DNA of 64,000 nt from Enterococcus phage AllMyExes: the sequence record PV544171.1. The stretch is one strand, 5' to 3'. The translations under genes and the position numbers were made by a program. Shown piece after piece: positions 40,577 to 49,561 of the stretch. Positions within the stretch are counted from its first letter, which is position 1; the number at the start of each line of letters is the position of its first letter. The notes under the pieces were generated by a model. That model made no database searches, had not been told where the DNA came from, and saw nothing but the letters and a program-made list of their open reading frames with translations.

Positions 40577-40963
40577 TTGCGCAAAGGACTAGCACCTAAC
40601 CCATTTTTTGAAATATTAGAAAAACATCAAGACTCCTCTAAACGTACTATGACTATGAACAACAGTGGTACACCTAGTTCACTACAACCAATAAGAGATA
40701 TGTTCTTAAAGGCAATGAGAGAAGGTAAGAGAGTCCTAATAGAGAACTCTGACTTAAGTAGTGCGAACTCTGTTGTTATAGAGATAGAATATGTAGGTAA
40801 TCGTTGGTGTTTAGGTTATCAACGAGTCTTATTTTATGGTATGGAGTTAAAAATACCACACACTATCCACTTCTGCGATGTATATGGAGCCTACGGGCAC
40901 GATGCTCAGAAGGTTAAGAGACAAGTTAAGGTAGTGTTCGAGGGGGACAACCCTTTTGAGTAG
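40577..40963 (+). CDS. hypothetical protein, possible partner of the late regulator (SPO1 gp33-like position)
   Basis: Overlaps the downstream sigma-like gene by 8 nt. Confidence 0.25.
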   Translation: MRKGLAPNPFFEILEKHQDSSKRTMTMNNSGTPSSLQPIRDMFLKAMREGKRVLIENSDLSSANSVVIEIEYVGNRWCLGYQRVLFYGMELKIPHTIHFCDVYGAYGHDAQKVKRQVKVVFEGDNPFE

Positions 40964-41570
40964 AGATGTTCAAAAAGAGGAAAAAGAAATACGTAATGGT
41001 AATCGGTTTATTACAGAGACTCATGGAAAAGGAGTGTTTCCTAGAGATGTAGACCGATTGTATCATAAGTATAGTAACCTTAGATATAAAGTCTATAACA
41101 CTCATAAAGATTCGTTCAATAGTGAGGCTTCACGTAAGGAGCTCAAGAGCTATATTGATGAGCAATTTATAAAGTTAACAAAAGAGTATGATATAAATGG
41201 AGAGGTAGACTTTCCGGGATATATTAAAAAAGCTCTGAATTTACGAGTAAGGCACAGCTATGTAAAAGGACGGTTCCGAGATACCGCTAGAGAACGTCTA
41301 GGCACCCAAGATAACGAAGTAGAGTTATTGTTAGGGATTGACGATAGCTCTCAGGCAGATATTGAGGATGCAGAACTTATTGAATCGTTATTATCAAAAG
41401 CCAATTTTTCAGAAATTGAATTAGCAGTATTTCAGCAGTTAATTCAAGGAACAGTAAGGGATGCTCGTATTATTACTGAATTGTCAGAAAACTACGGGGT
41501 GTCTAAGAAAGCCGTAAAAGATGCTATAAAAAATGTTCGTGAGTTTGTCTTAATAAATTTAACAGATTAG
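40956..41570 (+). CDS. sigma-factor-like late transcription regulator (sigma-70 region 4-like HTH)
   Basis: C-terminal IELAVFQQLIQG...ITELSENYGVSKKAVKDAIKNVREF looks like a region 4 HTH. Sits after the RecA-like gene, as in K/SPO1-type genomes. Confidence 0.4.
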   Translation: MSRDVQKEEKEIRNGNRFITETHGKGVFPRDVDRLYHKYSNLRYKVYNTHKDSFNSEASRKELKSYIDEQFIKLTKEYDINGEVDFPGYIKKALNLRVRHSYVKGRFRDTARERLGTQDNEVELLLGIDDSSQADIEDAELIESLLSKANFSEIELAVFQQLIQGTVRDARIITELSENYGVSKKAVKDAIKNVREFVLINLTD

Positions 41571-41574
41571 AGTA

Positions 41575-41630
41575 ATACCTCCTTTATGTCTGCTATATTA
41601 GCAGTAGAAACATAAAGGAGGTATTTTTTA
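41575..41630 (+). terminator. strong rho-independent terminator (14-bp stem TACCTCCTTTATGT/ACATAAAGGAGGTA plus T6); the loop contains CTGCTATATTAGCAG
   Basis: Read directly. Confidence 0.65.
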
Positions 41631-41906
41631 GTGGAACAAAACAACACTGGCAAGTATGCACCATTTATTCGTTTAATTGTGATGGGAATCTCATTTGTAG
41701 CAACTGGTTTGACTACAATATTTGGTTGGGAACCTTTACCATTCACAGACGAACAAATGAACCAAGGTTTAATGTTAGTACTATCTGTAGGTCTTGCCAT
41801 CTACAACTGGTACAAAAACAACGCTGTAACTTCTTATGGTAAAGCAAAAGAAGAAGCAGGAAAAGAAGTAGTCGGAACTAGACAAGACTTCAAAAACAGA
41901 GACTAA
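41631..41906 (+). CDS. small membrane protein (2 TM)
   Basis: GTG start after AGGAGGT. Two hydrophobic segments. Confidence 0.4.
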   Translation: MEQNNTGKYAPFIRLIVMGISFVATGLTTIFGWEPLPFTDEQMNQGLMLVLSVGLAIYNWYKNNAVTSYGKAKEEAGKEVVGTRQDFKNRD

Positions 41907-41953
41907 GTACGAGGGGTGTAACCCCTCCTTAGTTAATACAAAGGAGCTTCGAC

Positions 41954-42916
41954 ATGAAGATAGACGAGATAAGCAAATTAGAATTGCCTAATCTATTTGG
42001 AAAATTCCTTGTGGTAGAGACTATTTCGGATGGGTACACTGGAACCGTATCTGGTCACTATAACTACGAGATAGACCAAAAATCTGAGGAAACTTATATT
42101 TACCCTGTATTTTGGAATGATAAGCTTAACAAATTTATTAGGTCAGATGAATTAGTTGTATACACTAATAAAAATAAAGTATACTATGTTTGTAAAACAA
42201 CTATAGACCCATATAATCATGCAGTAGTAGATGAGCTCACAGTAGAGGAAGGTATGGACAAAGATAAGCGTACCCTTCAAGCGTTTAAACTTTTTGTAAA
42301 TGACCTATTCTCATTTGGTAGCTACAATATCTTTCTAACAGGTAACCTATCATTAGAAAATAACCCTGATATTGTTCTAGTTAGTAGTGTATCATTAAAC
42401 AAACAGACCGCTAAAATGTACACAGAACGGACATTAGAACTAACTGCTACGATTCTACCAGAGGGTGCTACAAACAAAAAAGTTAGTTTCTCAGTAGATA
42501 AACCAGAACTATTAGGGTTAACAGTCTCTGACAATAAAGCAACTGTCACAAGTAAAGATAAGGCAGGTACTGCAATTGTTACCGTAACTACTGAGGACGG
42601 AGACCACACTGACAAGTGTACAATTCAGATAGAAGAATACATAAAAGTTACAGGAATTAATGTTAGTGGAGAATCTGCTTTAGAAAAAGGCAAGACGTAC
42701 AAATTTACTGCTAGTATTGTACCTGATACTGCAACGAATCCTAAATTTACTTGGTCTTCTAGTAATGACACCATAGCTAGTGTTAACGCAAGTGGTGACG
42801 TTGTAGCTTTAGCATTAGGTGAAGCAGACATTATAGCAACAACTGAGGAAGGTAGCCATGTAGGTAAGGTACATGTTACCGTATCAGACCCAGAACCAGT
42901 AGAACCAACTGAATAA
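41954..42916 (+). CDS. Ig-like (Big_2) domain structural/decoration protein
   Basis: Two Big_2-like modules (LTATILPEGATNKKVSFSV...ATVTSKDKAGTAIVTVTTEDG and FTASIVPDTATNPKFTWSS...). The N-terminal domain is paralogous to 42937..43380. Confidence 0.5.
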   Translation: MKIDEISKLELPNLFGKFLVVETISDGYTGTVSGHYNYEIDQKSEETYIYPVFWNDKLNKFIRSDELVVYTNKNKVYYVCKTTIDPYNHAVVDELTVEEGMDKDKRTLQAFKLFVNDLFSFGSYNIFLTGNLSLENNPDIVLVSSVSLNKQTAKMYTERTLELTATILPEGATNKKVSFSVDKPELLGLTVSDNKATVTSKDKAGTAIVTVTTEDGDHTDKCTIQIEEYIKVTGINVSGESALEKGKTYKFTASIVPDTATNPKFTWSSSNDTIASVNASGDVVALALGEADIIATTEEGSHVGKVHVTVSDPEPVEPTE

Positions 42917-42936
42917 CATAGAAAAGAGGAAAGAAA

Positions 42937-43380
42937 ATGGCTAAAGAAATATTAAATATTGAAGACCTGTTAAAACCAGAGACACTAGAAGTAGCAATAG
43001 ATGGTAAATACCTTATTGTACCAACATTGTCGGATGGGTTTACAGGTACAGTAGCAGGTGGATATGCATATGCTGTTACAAAAAAAGGAACAGACTATAC
43101 AGTTAACGAATTAATTTATAACAAAAAGGATAATACATTTAAACCTTCTGATGAACCGATTATTATAACTGATGATAATGAAATATTCTTCATTACTCGT
43201 ACATTAGAAGACCCATATAATTACCCTGTAGTTGCTACAGAGAAACTTAAAACTAAAGATGTAAAAGAAAAACAAGTTTTACAAGCGTTCTTAGCATTTG
43301 CTGATGACAGATTTAAGTTAGGTGTTTACAATGTGTTCTTAGCAGATGAACCATTTGTGTATGGGGACAAAACAGAATAG
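42937..43380 (+). CDS. paralog of the N-terminal domain of the Big_2 protein
   Basis: Shares LxVxT(I/L)SDG(Y/F)TGTV(S/A)G.Y.Y and DPYN(H/Y).VV...L...(K/V).K..LQAF..F..D.F..G.YN(I/V)FL with 41954..42916. Confidence 0.45.
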   Translation: MAKEILNIEDLLKPETLEVAIDGKYLIVPTLSDGFTGTVAGGYAYAVTKKGTDYTVNELIYNKKDNTFKPSDEPIIITDDNEIFFITRTLEDPYNYPVVATEKLKTKDVKEKQVLQAFLAFADDRFKLGVYNVFLADEPFVYGDKTE

Positions 43381-43390
43381 TTTCATTATA

Positions 43391-43420
43391 AGAGACCCGT
43401 TAAGGTCTCTTTTTTTTTGT
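43391..43420 (+). terminator. rho-independent terminator (AGAGACC/GGTCTCT plus T9)
   Basis: Read directly. Confidence 0.65.
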
Positions 43421-43428
43421 ATATAGTG

Positions 43429-43457
43429 TTGACAATGTTGTAGTTTAGTTATATACT
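43429..43457 (+). promoter_or_regulatory. sigma-A-type promoter TTGACA-N17-TATACT
   Basis: After the terminator at 43391-43420 and before the gene at 43487. Confidence 0.55.
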
Positions 43458-43486
43458 ATACTTATACTGTATAAGGAGGTAACCAC

Positions 43487-43792
43487 ATGAACGACAATAA
43501 GGAAAAATGTATTAAACAAGGAATACGAAATACTTATAAAGGGTACGATATTTTATTAGATGAAGAGAATGGATTTTTCTATGTTAGCGTACTTGACCCA
43601 GATGGCAAAGAAATCATTAGTGGGTTTGTAGAGGCGGATAAACCTATTGAAGAATACTATAAAGAGCTCCTAAGTAAATGCGACCAAGACATATTATTCA
43701 AAGACCTTTTAAGACCCTTAAATGGACGTAGAGACACTGAACGTACAGACATACGTTTTTTTAAAAAGAGATGGTGGGGTATAAGTAAATGA
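43487..43792 (+). CDS. hypothetical protein
   Basis: Preceded by promoter and terminator signals. Its last codons lie within copy A of the 44-bp repeat. Confidence 0.35.
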   Translation: MNDNKEKCIKQGIRNTYKGYDILLDEENGFFYVSVLDPDGKEIISGFVEADKPIEEYYKELLSKCDQDILFKDLLRPLNGRRDTERTDIRFFKKRWWGISK

Positions 43793-43817
43793 CAAAGATA
43801 AAACTTATTACAAAAAA
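43774..43817 (+). repeat. 44-bp direct repeat, copy A (gtggggtataaGtaaatgacaaagataaaacttattacaaaaaa)
   Basis: 43/44 identical to copy B at 44587-44630. Together they bracket the methyltransferase gene. Confidence 0.7.
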
Positions 43818-44577
43818 AAATAAGAGAGGTCAGCACAATATGGGAAAAAAGTTAGAATTAAATAAGATTCACAAAATTTCTTGGGAGAAGGGGTTTTCAA
43901 GCCTAGACGACGGTTCAATAGACCTAATTATAACGTCACCTCCATATAATCTAGGAGGCAGATTTCATACAGGTAACACTGTATATAAAGCTTACAACAC
44001 ATACAATGATAATATCCCAGAAAAAGAATATCAGCAAAACCAGATAGATTTCTTAAATGCTTGTTACGACAAATTAGAGGAAAATGGGAGCTTGTTTTAC
44101 AACCATAAACCTAGAATAAAAAATGGGGTGTGTACTCACCCATTGGAGTGGATACTTCAATCAAAATTTATTTTGAAACAAGAGATTGTTTGGAGGAATG
44201 GAGGTCAGAATTTCGATAAAATAAGATTTTACCCTCTAACCGAGAGAGTATATTGGCTAGTTAAGAATCCAAAAACAAAACTGCATAATGCTTTAGGTTT
44301 ATCTGATATATGGGAGTTTAAGAACAGAAAGAGACATAAAATCCATAAAGCAACATTCCCAATTGAGCTACCCAAATCAATAATTTCATGTTTTCCTAAC
44401 GCTAAAACAATACTAGACCCATATATGGGTGTTGGTACGACTGCAAAAGCTGTAATTGAATTGAATAAGCAAGATGGTGGAAACAGAGATTTCTTAGGAT
44501 TTGAAATTGACGAACTTTATATAAATGATTTTTATAAAGAAATTACAGAAGATAACAAACTTATTGATAATAACTAG
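43789..44577 (+). CDS. beta-class DNA methyltransferase (N6-adenine or N4-cytosine), orphan
   Basis: Motif IV DLIITSPPY precedes motif I DPYMGVGTT. The conserved core probably starts at the ATG at 43840 (MGKKLELNKI), with a GAGAGG RBS. The upstream in-frame extension MTKIKLITKKN is copied from the next gene. Confidence 0.6.
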   Translation: MTKIKLITKKNKRGQHNMGKKLELNKIHKISWEKGFSSLDDGSIDLIITSPPYNLGGRFHTGNTVYKAYNTYNDNIPEKEYQQNQIDFLNACYDKLEENGSLFYNHKPRIKNGVCTHPLEWILQSKFILKQEIVWRNGGQNFDKIRFYPLTERVYWLVKNPKTKLHNALGLSDIWEFKNRKRHKIHKATFPIELPKSIISCFPNAKTILDPYMGVGTTAKAVIELNKQDGGNRDFLGFEIDELYINDFYKEITEDNKLIDNN

Positions 44578-44586
44578 AGATAAACA

Positions 44587-44630
44587 GTGGGGTATAATTA
44601 AATGACAAAGATAAAACTTATTACAAAAAA
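44587..44630 (+). repeat. 44-bp direct repeat, copy B (RBS plus first 10 codons of gene 44602)
   Basis: See copy A. Confidence 0.7.
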
Positions 44631-45555
44631 GAACACCCAAGGCTATGTCATGAACACGCTGTTACGCAGGTTCTATAAGGACATTGTAGATGTAGAATTT
44701 CTTAATAAATTCAATCTACCTGATATTCACAACCATATAGGAGAATATGATGCTGTTATTATAGCAGGGTTTCCTTTCTTTGAAAGCCAACGAGGTGCAT
44801 TAGATACAGCATTATCATCTATGGATAACCCATTTAGCAAGGTGTACCATTTAGCAACATTTGGAGACACCTATCGTAATGAGGGTAGTTTTCGTTCATT
44901 TGTAGATGAAGTTGTAAGCCCTGTTGGACACTTTTCAGAGTTGATAATCGACTTAGTTAAGTTCACTAACACAGGTACAAAAGAGGACGAGGATAAGGTA
45001 ATAGCGCTTGCTAAAACTATGCTAGACTTTTCTAAAGATATTATAGAAGAGACAGACAACTACAATCGTTATGAAGTAACAGACAGAACTATCTCTTGGG
45101 TTCTTCTTGTAGATTTGCTTGGAGAAAATCTTTATAAGGTAGCAGAACCTTGTAAAGAGCTAGGCACTATCTTGAAAGAACAAGAAGTACTTGTAGATGC
45201 CTTGAACATAAATATGCAGGACTATGTGCTAAGAACAATAGGGAAGATGTCTGCAAACGTCATTAATGGAACAGTGGTTTGTTTTGGTTATGCAGAACAG
45301 CATGTTAACGAAGTAGCCCATAAATTAATTAATTTTTATAAGTCACATAACTATCAAAAAGTTATTGTCTTTATTGGTAGACACACAAAAGGTGACGACA
45401 TGTTTAGTGTAAGGAGCTATGGTGTGAATGCCGGAGAGGTTGTCTATAAAGTTCATAATGGTAAAGGGAAAGATACAACGGCAACCGTCTTCTTAGGTAA
45501 ACCTAGTGAAGCTGTAAATAACACACTGTTAAGTGTGCTTTCTGAAATCTTATAG
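44602..45555 (+). CDS. hypothetical protein (the N-terminus and RBS are duplicated upstream of the MTase)
   Basis: Starts MTKIKLITKKN, identical to the first 11 codons of the 43789 ORF. Confidence 0.4.
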   Translation: MTKIKLITKKNTQGYVMNTLLRRFYKDIVDVEFLNKFNLPDIHNHIGEYDAVIIAGFPFFESQRGALDTALSSMDNPFSKVYHLATFGDTYRNEGSFRSFVDEVVSPVGHFSELIIDLVKFTNTGTKEDEDKVIALAKTMLDFSKDIIEETDNYNRYEVTDRTISWVLLVDLLGENLYKVAEPCKELGTILKEQEVLVDALNINMQDYVLRTIGKMSANVINGTVVCFGYAEQHVNEVAHKLINFYKSHNYQKVIVFIGRHTKGDDMFSVRSYGVNAGEVVYKVHNGKGKDTTATVFLGKPSEAVNNTLLSVLSEIL

Positions 45556-45565
45556 TTTAACTTTG

Positions 45566-45574
45566 TGGTATAAT
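45566..45574 (+). promoter_or_regulatory. extended -10 element TGgTATAAT
   Basis: Upstream of the TTG-start gene at 45609. The -35 is weak. Confidence 0.35.
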
Positions 45575-45608
45575 AAAGATAGATAAATTTTGATAGGAGT
45601 GTAAATTT

Positions 45609-46892
45609 TTGAAAAACAACGAACCTTTAGAGAAGTTATTAGACAAATTAGATGAACCAAGAATTTTACAAACAATTATTATAGGTAGTTTACAACGGAG
45701 CTTTAATCGAGTACACGTTGGTAAATTTAATAAACTAGCACAGGAGTTTGACTTAGATAAGGAGAACCTGTATAGCTTAAAGGCACTAGTTAAGGAAATT
45801 GAAGAAGATAAAGAGTTACACGAACTTTACGAAGCTAGCATGGCAGGCAAAATTACGCTAGAGGCTGTTCGTAAAGTATTGTTACAAGATGATAAATCAT
45901 CGTTTGATGTACTGTCTTCTTACGTAGTAGAGAATCAAGCAGTGCTAGCCCGTAACCGAGAGTTCGGTAAGTTACAACGTGAGGGAGCTTATCTTGACCA
46001 TTTAATTAGTGGTTTGAAAACATACTTATTAGCTGAACTAAAAGACATGTCTAGTTTAAAATATATCAATAAAAATTTAAAGGCACCGAAAGTATCCTCA
46101 GACCGAGAACTTATTCTGTGCCTATCCGACTGGCATATTGGTGCTTTTGTTAATAACATTGACACAGGTGGATACAACTTTGAAATCTTTAAAGAACGAC
46201 TTGAAAAGTTATTAGAAGAAGTATTCCAAGTGGCTATGGAACAGGATATTAAGAAAATTCATGTTTACCATATTGGGGATATTATTGAACACATTAATAT
46301 GCGTAATGTTAACCAAGCATTTGAAGCGGAGTTTCCTGCTACGGAACAGATTGCTAAAGGAATTAGAGTTCTTGCTGATACACTTAATTTACTAGCTAAG
46401 GCAGAATTTGAAGTGTCTTTCGGTATGGTTGGTGGTAACCACGACCGTTTCCAAGGTAACAAAAATGATAAAATTCATAATGATAATGTGGCTTATCTTG
46501 TAGTAGACCAACTTCATTTCTTACAAGAATTAGGGGCGTTAAACAAAGATATTAAACTTGTAGACAACAGAAGTGATGTTTATAGTTTTAAAGATACAGT
46601 TGCAGGGAAACGTATTAAAGTAACGCATGGTGACACTGAGGGCAAAAAAGTAGATGTTAAAATCCCTAAACATATCAAAGATGAAGTTATTGACTACCTA
46701 ATCATGGGACACATTCATACAACACGTATTATTCAAGAAGACTTTTCAAGATTCCATGTGTATGTTGGCTCTCCTATGGGGGCAAATAACTACTCAGCAG
46801 AGAATAACTTGCCAACAACAAGCCCTGCACAGCTAATTATGGTATTAGACCCTGAGCGTGATACACCACAATTCATGCCAGTATTCTTATAG
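45609..46892 (+). CDS. calcineurin-like metallophosphoesterase (Mre11/SbcD-like fold)
   Basis: LSDWHIG, GDIIEH, GNHDR and GHIHT motifs. Confidence 0.55.
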   Translation: MKNNEPLEKLLDKLDEPRILQTIIIGSLQRSFNRVHVGKFNKLAQEFDLDKENLYSLKALVKEIEEDKELHELYEASMAGKITLEAVRKVLLQDDKSSFDVLSSYVVENQAVLARNREFGKLQREGAYLDHLISGLKTYLLAELKDMSSLKYINKNLKAPKVSSDRELILCLSDWHIGAFVNNIDTGGYNFEIFKERLEKLLEEVFQVAMEQDIKKIHVYHIGDIIEHINMRNVNQAFEAEFPATEQIAKGIRVLADTLNLLAKAEFEVSFGMVGGNHDRFQGNKNDKIHNDNVAYLVVDQLHFLQELGALNKDIKLVDNRSDVYSFKDTVAGKRIKVTHGDTEGKKVDVKIPKHIKDEVIDYLIMGHIHTTRIIQEDFSRFHVYVGSPMGANNYSAENNLPTTSPAQLIMVLDPERDTPQFMPVFL

Positions 46893-46903
46893 GAGGTACC
46901 TGT

Positions 46904-47278
46904 ATGGAAGGTAATTTAGTTTATATTTTATTGGCTATTGCATATGTAGGTGAAGGTATAACTGCCTTTACTAATACTAAGCGTAAAGAAAGATACATGA
47001 TTGAAGAAGGAGAGGCTCCTTTGCCACGTAGCTCTTATGTATTTTTAGGTATTAACTACCTTTTAAGAATAGCTATAGCAATTTCTCTTATCTTCATCAT
47101 ACCAACTAGCTTGCAACTTAACGTAACAGGTATTGCTTTGTTCACACTAATGGTATTTGTAGTTCCTTTTATAGCAAGAATTATCGAAGTTGTTATTAGA
47201 ACTGCAATTGTTCGTTATGTTCAAAAACAATATATTAAGCAGTTAGAAGAACGAAAAGGTAAAAGAGAGACTAACTAG
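46904..47278 (+). CDS. small membrane protein
   Basis: Several hydrophobic segments. A terminator follows. Confidence 0.4.
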   Translation: MEGNLVYILLAIAYVGEGITAFTNTKRKERYMIEEGEAPLPRSSYVFLGINYLLRIAIAISLIFIIPTSLQLNVTGIALFTLMVFVVPFIARIIEVVIRTAIVRYVQKQYIKQLEERKGKRETN

Positions 47279-47288
47279 TCTCTTTTTT
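47265..47288 (+). terminator. rho-independent terminator (GAGAGACT/AGTCTCT plus T6)
   Basis: Read directly. Confidence 0.55.
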
Positions 47289-47316
47289 GCTATATTGAAT
47301 AATGAGGTGACTAAGT

Positions 47317-47937
47317 ATGAATTTTACAGAAGTAATAAGCCCTAATGGGGAGACATCATTAATAGATGTAAACAACCCACCAACATTAATCAGACGTGGG
47401 GTCTTATCTATTAAAACAAAGGTTAATAATGAAGTGAAGGAAACCCCTGTCTATATTGTTGAACTAGCTGAGGAGCTAACGGGTACTGATGTAGTATCTG
47501 TCTATAAAGTAAAAGAGATTGGAGATTCTATCCAAAAAGACTACATTGAAGAAAAAGTGACCCCTAGGTTCAAAAGCACAACATATCTGGGTGAACTAGC
47601 GCAAAAGATTAAAGGACGGTCGATAAAGGAACAACGAAGAGTTGAAACAAAACCACCGTTATTCCTAGCCCCAGTAGTTAATGGAATTGATACATTCACA
47701 GGAATCGAAGGTAAGGGTTTCTACGAACGTGAAGAGGACAGACATATTCTACTACCTGATGGAAAACCGGGCATAGCCTATGGAGATAATACAGGGGTTT
47801 TTATCGGTTTGAGCTCGATTAAGTGGGACAAGGCATATGTAGACGTGGAGTCTATAACAAAGGGTTACTTGTCGCAGAAACAGATATGGTTTAACCTAGA
47901 TGGTCAAAGACCACAATTTAGAAGTGAGACACTATAA
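47317..47937 (+). CDS. hypothetical protein
   Basis: ORF only. Confidence 0.3.
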   Translation: MNFTEVISPNGETSLIDVNNPPTLIRRGVLSIKTKVNNEVKETPVYIVELAEELTGTDVVSVYKVKEIGDSIQKDYIEEKVTPRFKSTTYLGELAQKIKGRSIKEQRRVETKPPLFLAPVVNGIDTFTGIEGKGFYEREEDRHILLPDGKPGIAYGDNTGVFIGLSSIKWDKAYVDVESITKGYLSQKQIWFNLDGQRPQFRSETL

Positions 47938-48677
47938 TGACAGATAAACAATTTTATGAGGCAGATATTCAAGAATTAATTTTAAATAAGCAAAGAATAT
48001 TCGGAGACATAGGAAAGAGTGCTATCGTTTTTGAGAAAGCAATCATGCAAGGTAATACAATATGCGATTGCCTAGTCTTCACAGAAAAACGAGGGCTCAT
48101 TGGCATAGAGATAAAAACTGAGCGTGACTCGACAAAAAGATTAAATAAACAACTATCTGATTATGAAAAGGTGTGTGACTATGTATATGTATTATGCCAC
48201 GACAACCATGTACCTAAAGTAGAACAAATACTTACTAGACATAATCATAAGCACGTAGGTATTCTAGCTTACACAGAGTTCATGGGAGAGGCAATGTTAG
48301 GTGAGTATAAACAACCTAGCCGTTCCCCTAAAAAATCAGCTTATCATATGTTAAATATCTTGTGGAAAGAAGATTTAATAAGAATGCTTGGTACATTCAG
48401 ACGGTATGGTGATAGGCTAGAAGCTAATGGAGCTAAGGTTATGAAAACAAACAGCCGTTCTGGTGGGGTATCTGGGCTTTATGTTAAATCTACGACTGCT
48501 AGAAGAATGACTAAACCTGAACTCATTAATAATTTAATAAATAGAGTAGGCGGTACCGAAGAGGCTACGAGAGTGTTCTGTGATGTGTTTATCCATAATA
48601 GGAATCACCCAGAGAAAGCAATTAAGTTAAGACATTTTAAAGCAAAAGAGAATAGGGGTGACCTAGATGGGGTTTAA
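47937..48677 (+). CDS. PD-(D/E)xK nuclease-like protein (tentative)
   Basis: CDCLVF...GLIGIEIKTE resembles a D...(D/E)xK core (VRR-NUC/RecB-like). Confidence 0.3.
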   Translation: MTDKQFYEADIQELILNKQRIFGDIGKSAIVFEKAIMQGNTICDCLVFTEKRGLIGIEIKTERDSTKRLNKQLSDYEKVCDYVYVLCHDNHVPKVEQILTRHNHKHVGILAYTEFMGEAMLGEYKQPSRSPKKSAYHMLNILWKEDLIRMLGTFRRYGDRLEANGAKVMKTNSRSGGVSGLYVKSTTARRMTKPELINNLINRVGGTEEATRVFCDVFIHNRNHPEKAIKLRHFKAKENRGDLDGV

Positions 48678-49173
48678 AGGTGCAAAATATGGTTCTTGGA
48701 ATACTGTAGTTGGTAAGAACTATGTAGGTACTGGGGGCAGAACAAGTGGTAGTAACACAAAACGGCTGTCCACAAAAGGCTACTACCAAGTAGGATTTGT
48801 TAAAGAATATCAGAACTTGACAGAAAAAGATATTATGTTAAAATTAGAGTATGGAAAAGACTTAGTGTCTAGTTACACTGGTGTACCTGCAGATATGATT
48901 AAGCTACGTAAGAAGAAAGAGGAGCAAACCCTAGCATCTTTAGACACAGTTTATTATGTTAGCATTGGTAAGGAACCTGTAGGTAAGCTGTCTATACGAG
49001 CTCAGAGACGTTTTAGAGAGGTAGGGTTAACATTTATATACCTAGAGAAGAACTACGTACAGAGGAAGCTTAGAGGCGGTAATGTACGTAGTGTAGGGTA
49101 TACTAACGCAACCAAATCTCAGAAACGTAAAGCAGATAGACGGAAGAGCAATAAGTCTAAAACAACTAGATAG
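48667..49173 (+). CDS. basic hypothetical protein (K/R-rich C-terminus)
   Basis: ORF only. Confidence 0.3.
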   Translation: MGFKGAKYGSWNTVVGKNYVGTGGRTSGSNTKRLSTKGYYQVGFVKEYQNLTEKDIMLKLEYGKDLVSSYTGVPADMIKLRKKKEEQTLASLDTVYYVSIGKEPVGKLSIRAQRRFREVGLTFIYLEKNYVQRKLRGGNVRSVGYTNATKSQKRKADRRKSNKSKTTR

Positions 49174-49186
49174 ATGGAGGACTACT

Positions 49187-49537
49187 ATGAGTATTTATGA
49201 TGAGCTAATTGGTAAAAGTGTTATAGCCCTAGAATATGCGGAGGATGGATGTGAGGCAAGCCTTGTACTAAATGATGGGTCATGCTTAAAAGTATCTTGT
49301 AACCCAGAGCCAGACTGTTGTGGTTATAACGATTTTGAAGTTATTCTTCCAGATGGTTTTGATTTCACAGATAACATTATTACAAAAGTTGAAGATAATA
49401 GTGAAGAATGTTACGGTGGTTCAACAGTTAGGATAGGTATTTTTACCAATGATGCACGGATAGCTATTGAAGGGGACTACGGAAGTGGTTCTGGGTGGAA
49501 CTATGGAGAGTATGTAGACGTAGAAATTGTAAAATAA
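49187..49537 (+). CDS. hypothetical protein
   Basis: ORF only. Confidence 0.3.
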   Translation: MSIYDELIGKSVIALEYAEDGCEASLVLNDGSCLKVSCNPEPDCCGYNDFEVILPDGFDFTDNIITKVEDNSEECYGGSTVRIGIFTNDARIAIEGDYGSGSGWNYGEYVDVEIVK

Positions 49538-49561
49538 TTTACTATTAGATGGAGGTAAGCT

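Noticed and set aside
41631-47278. Holin/endolysin lysis cassette
   Set aside because: Several small two-TM proteins exist, but none is next to a recognisable lysin (no amidase, CHAP, glycosidase or peptidase motifs were seen anywhere in the window). Holin calls would be unsupported.
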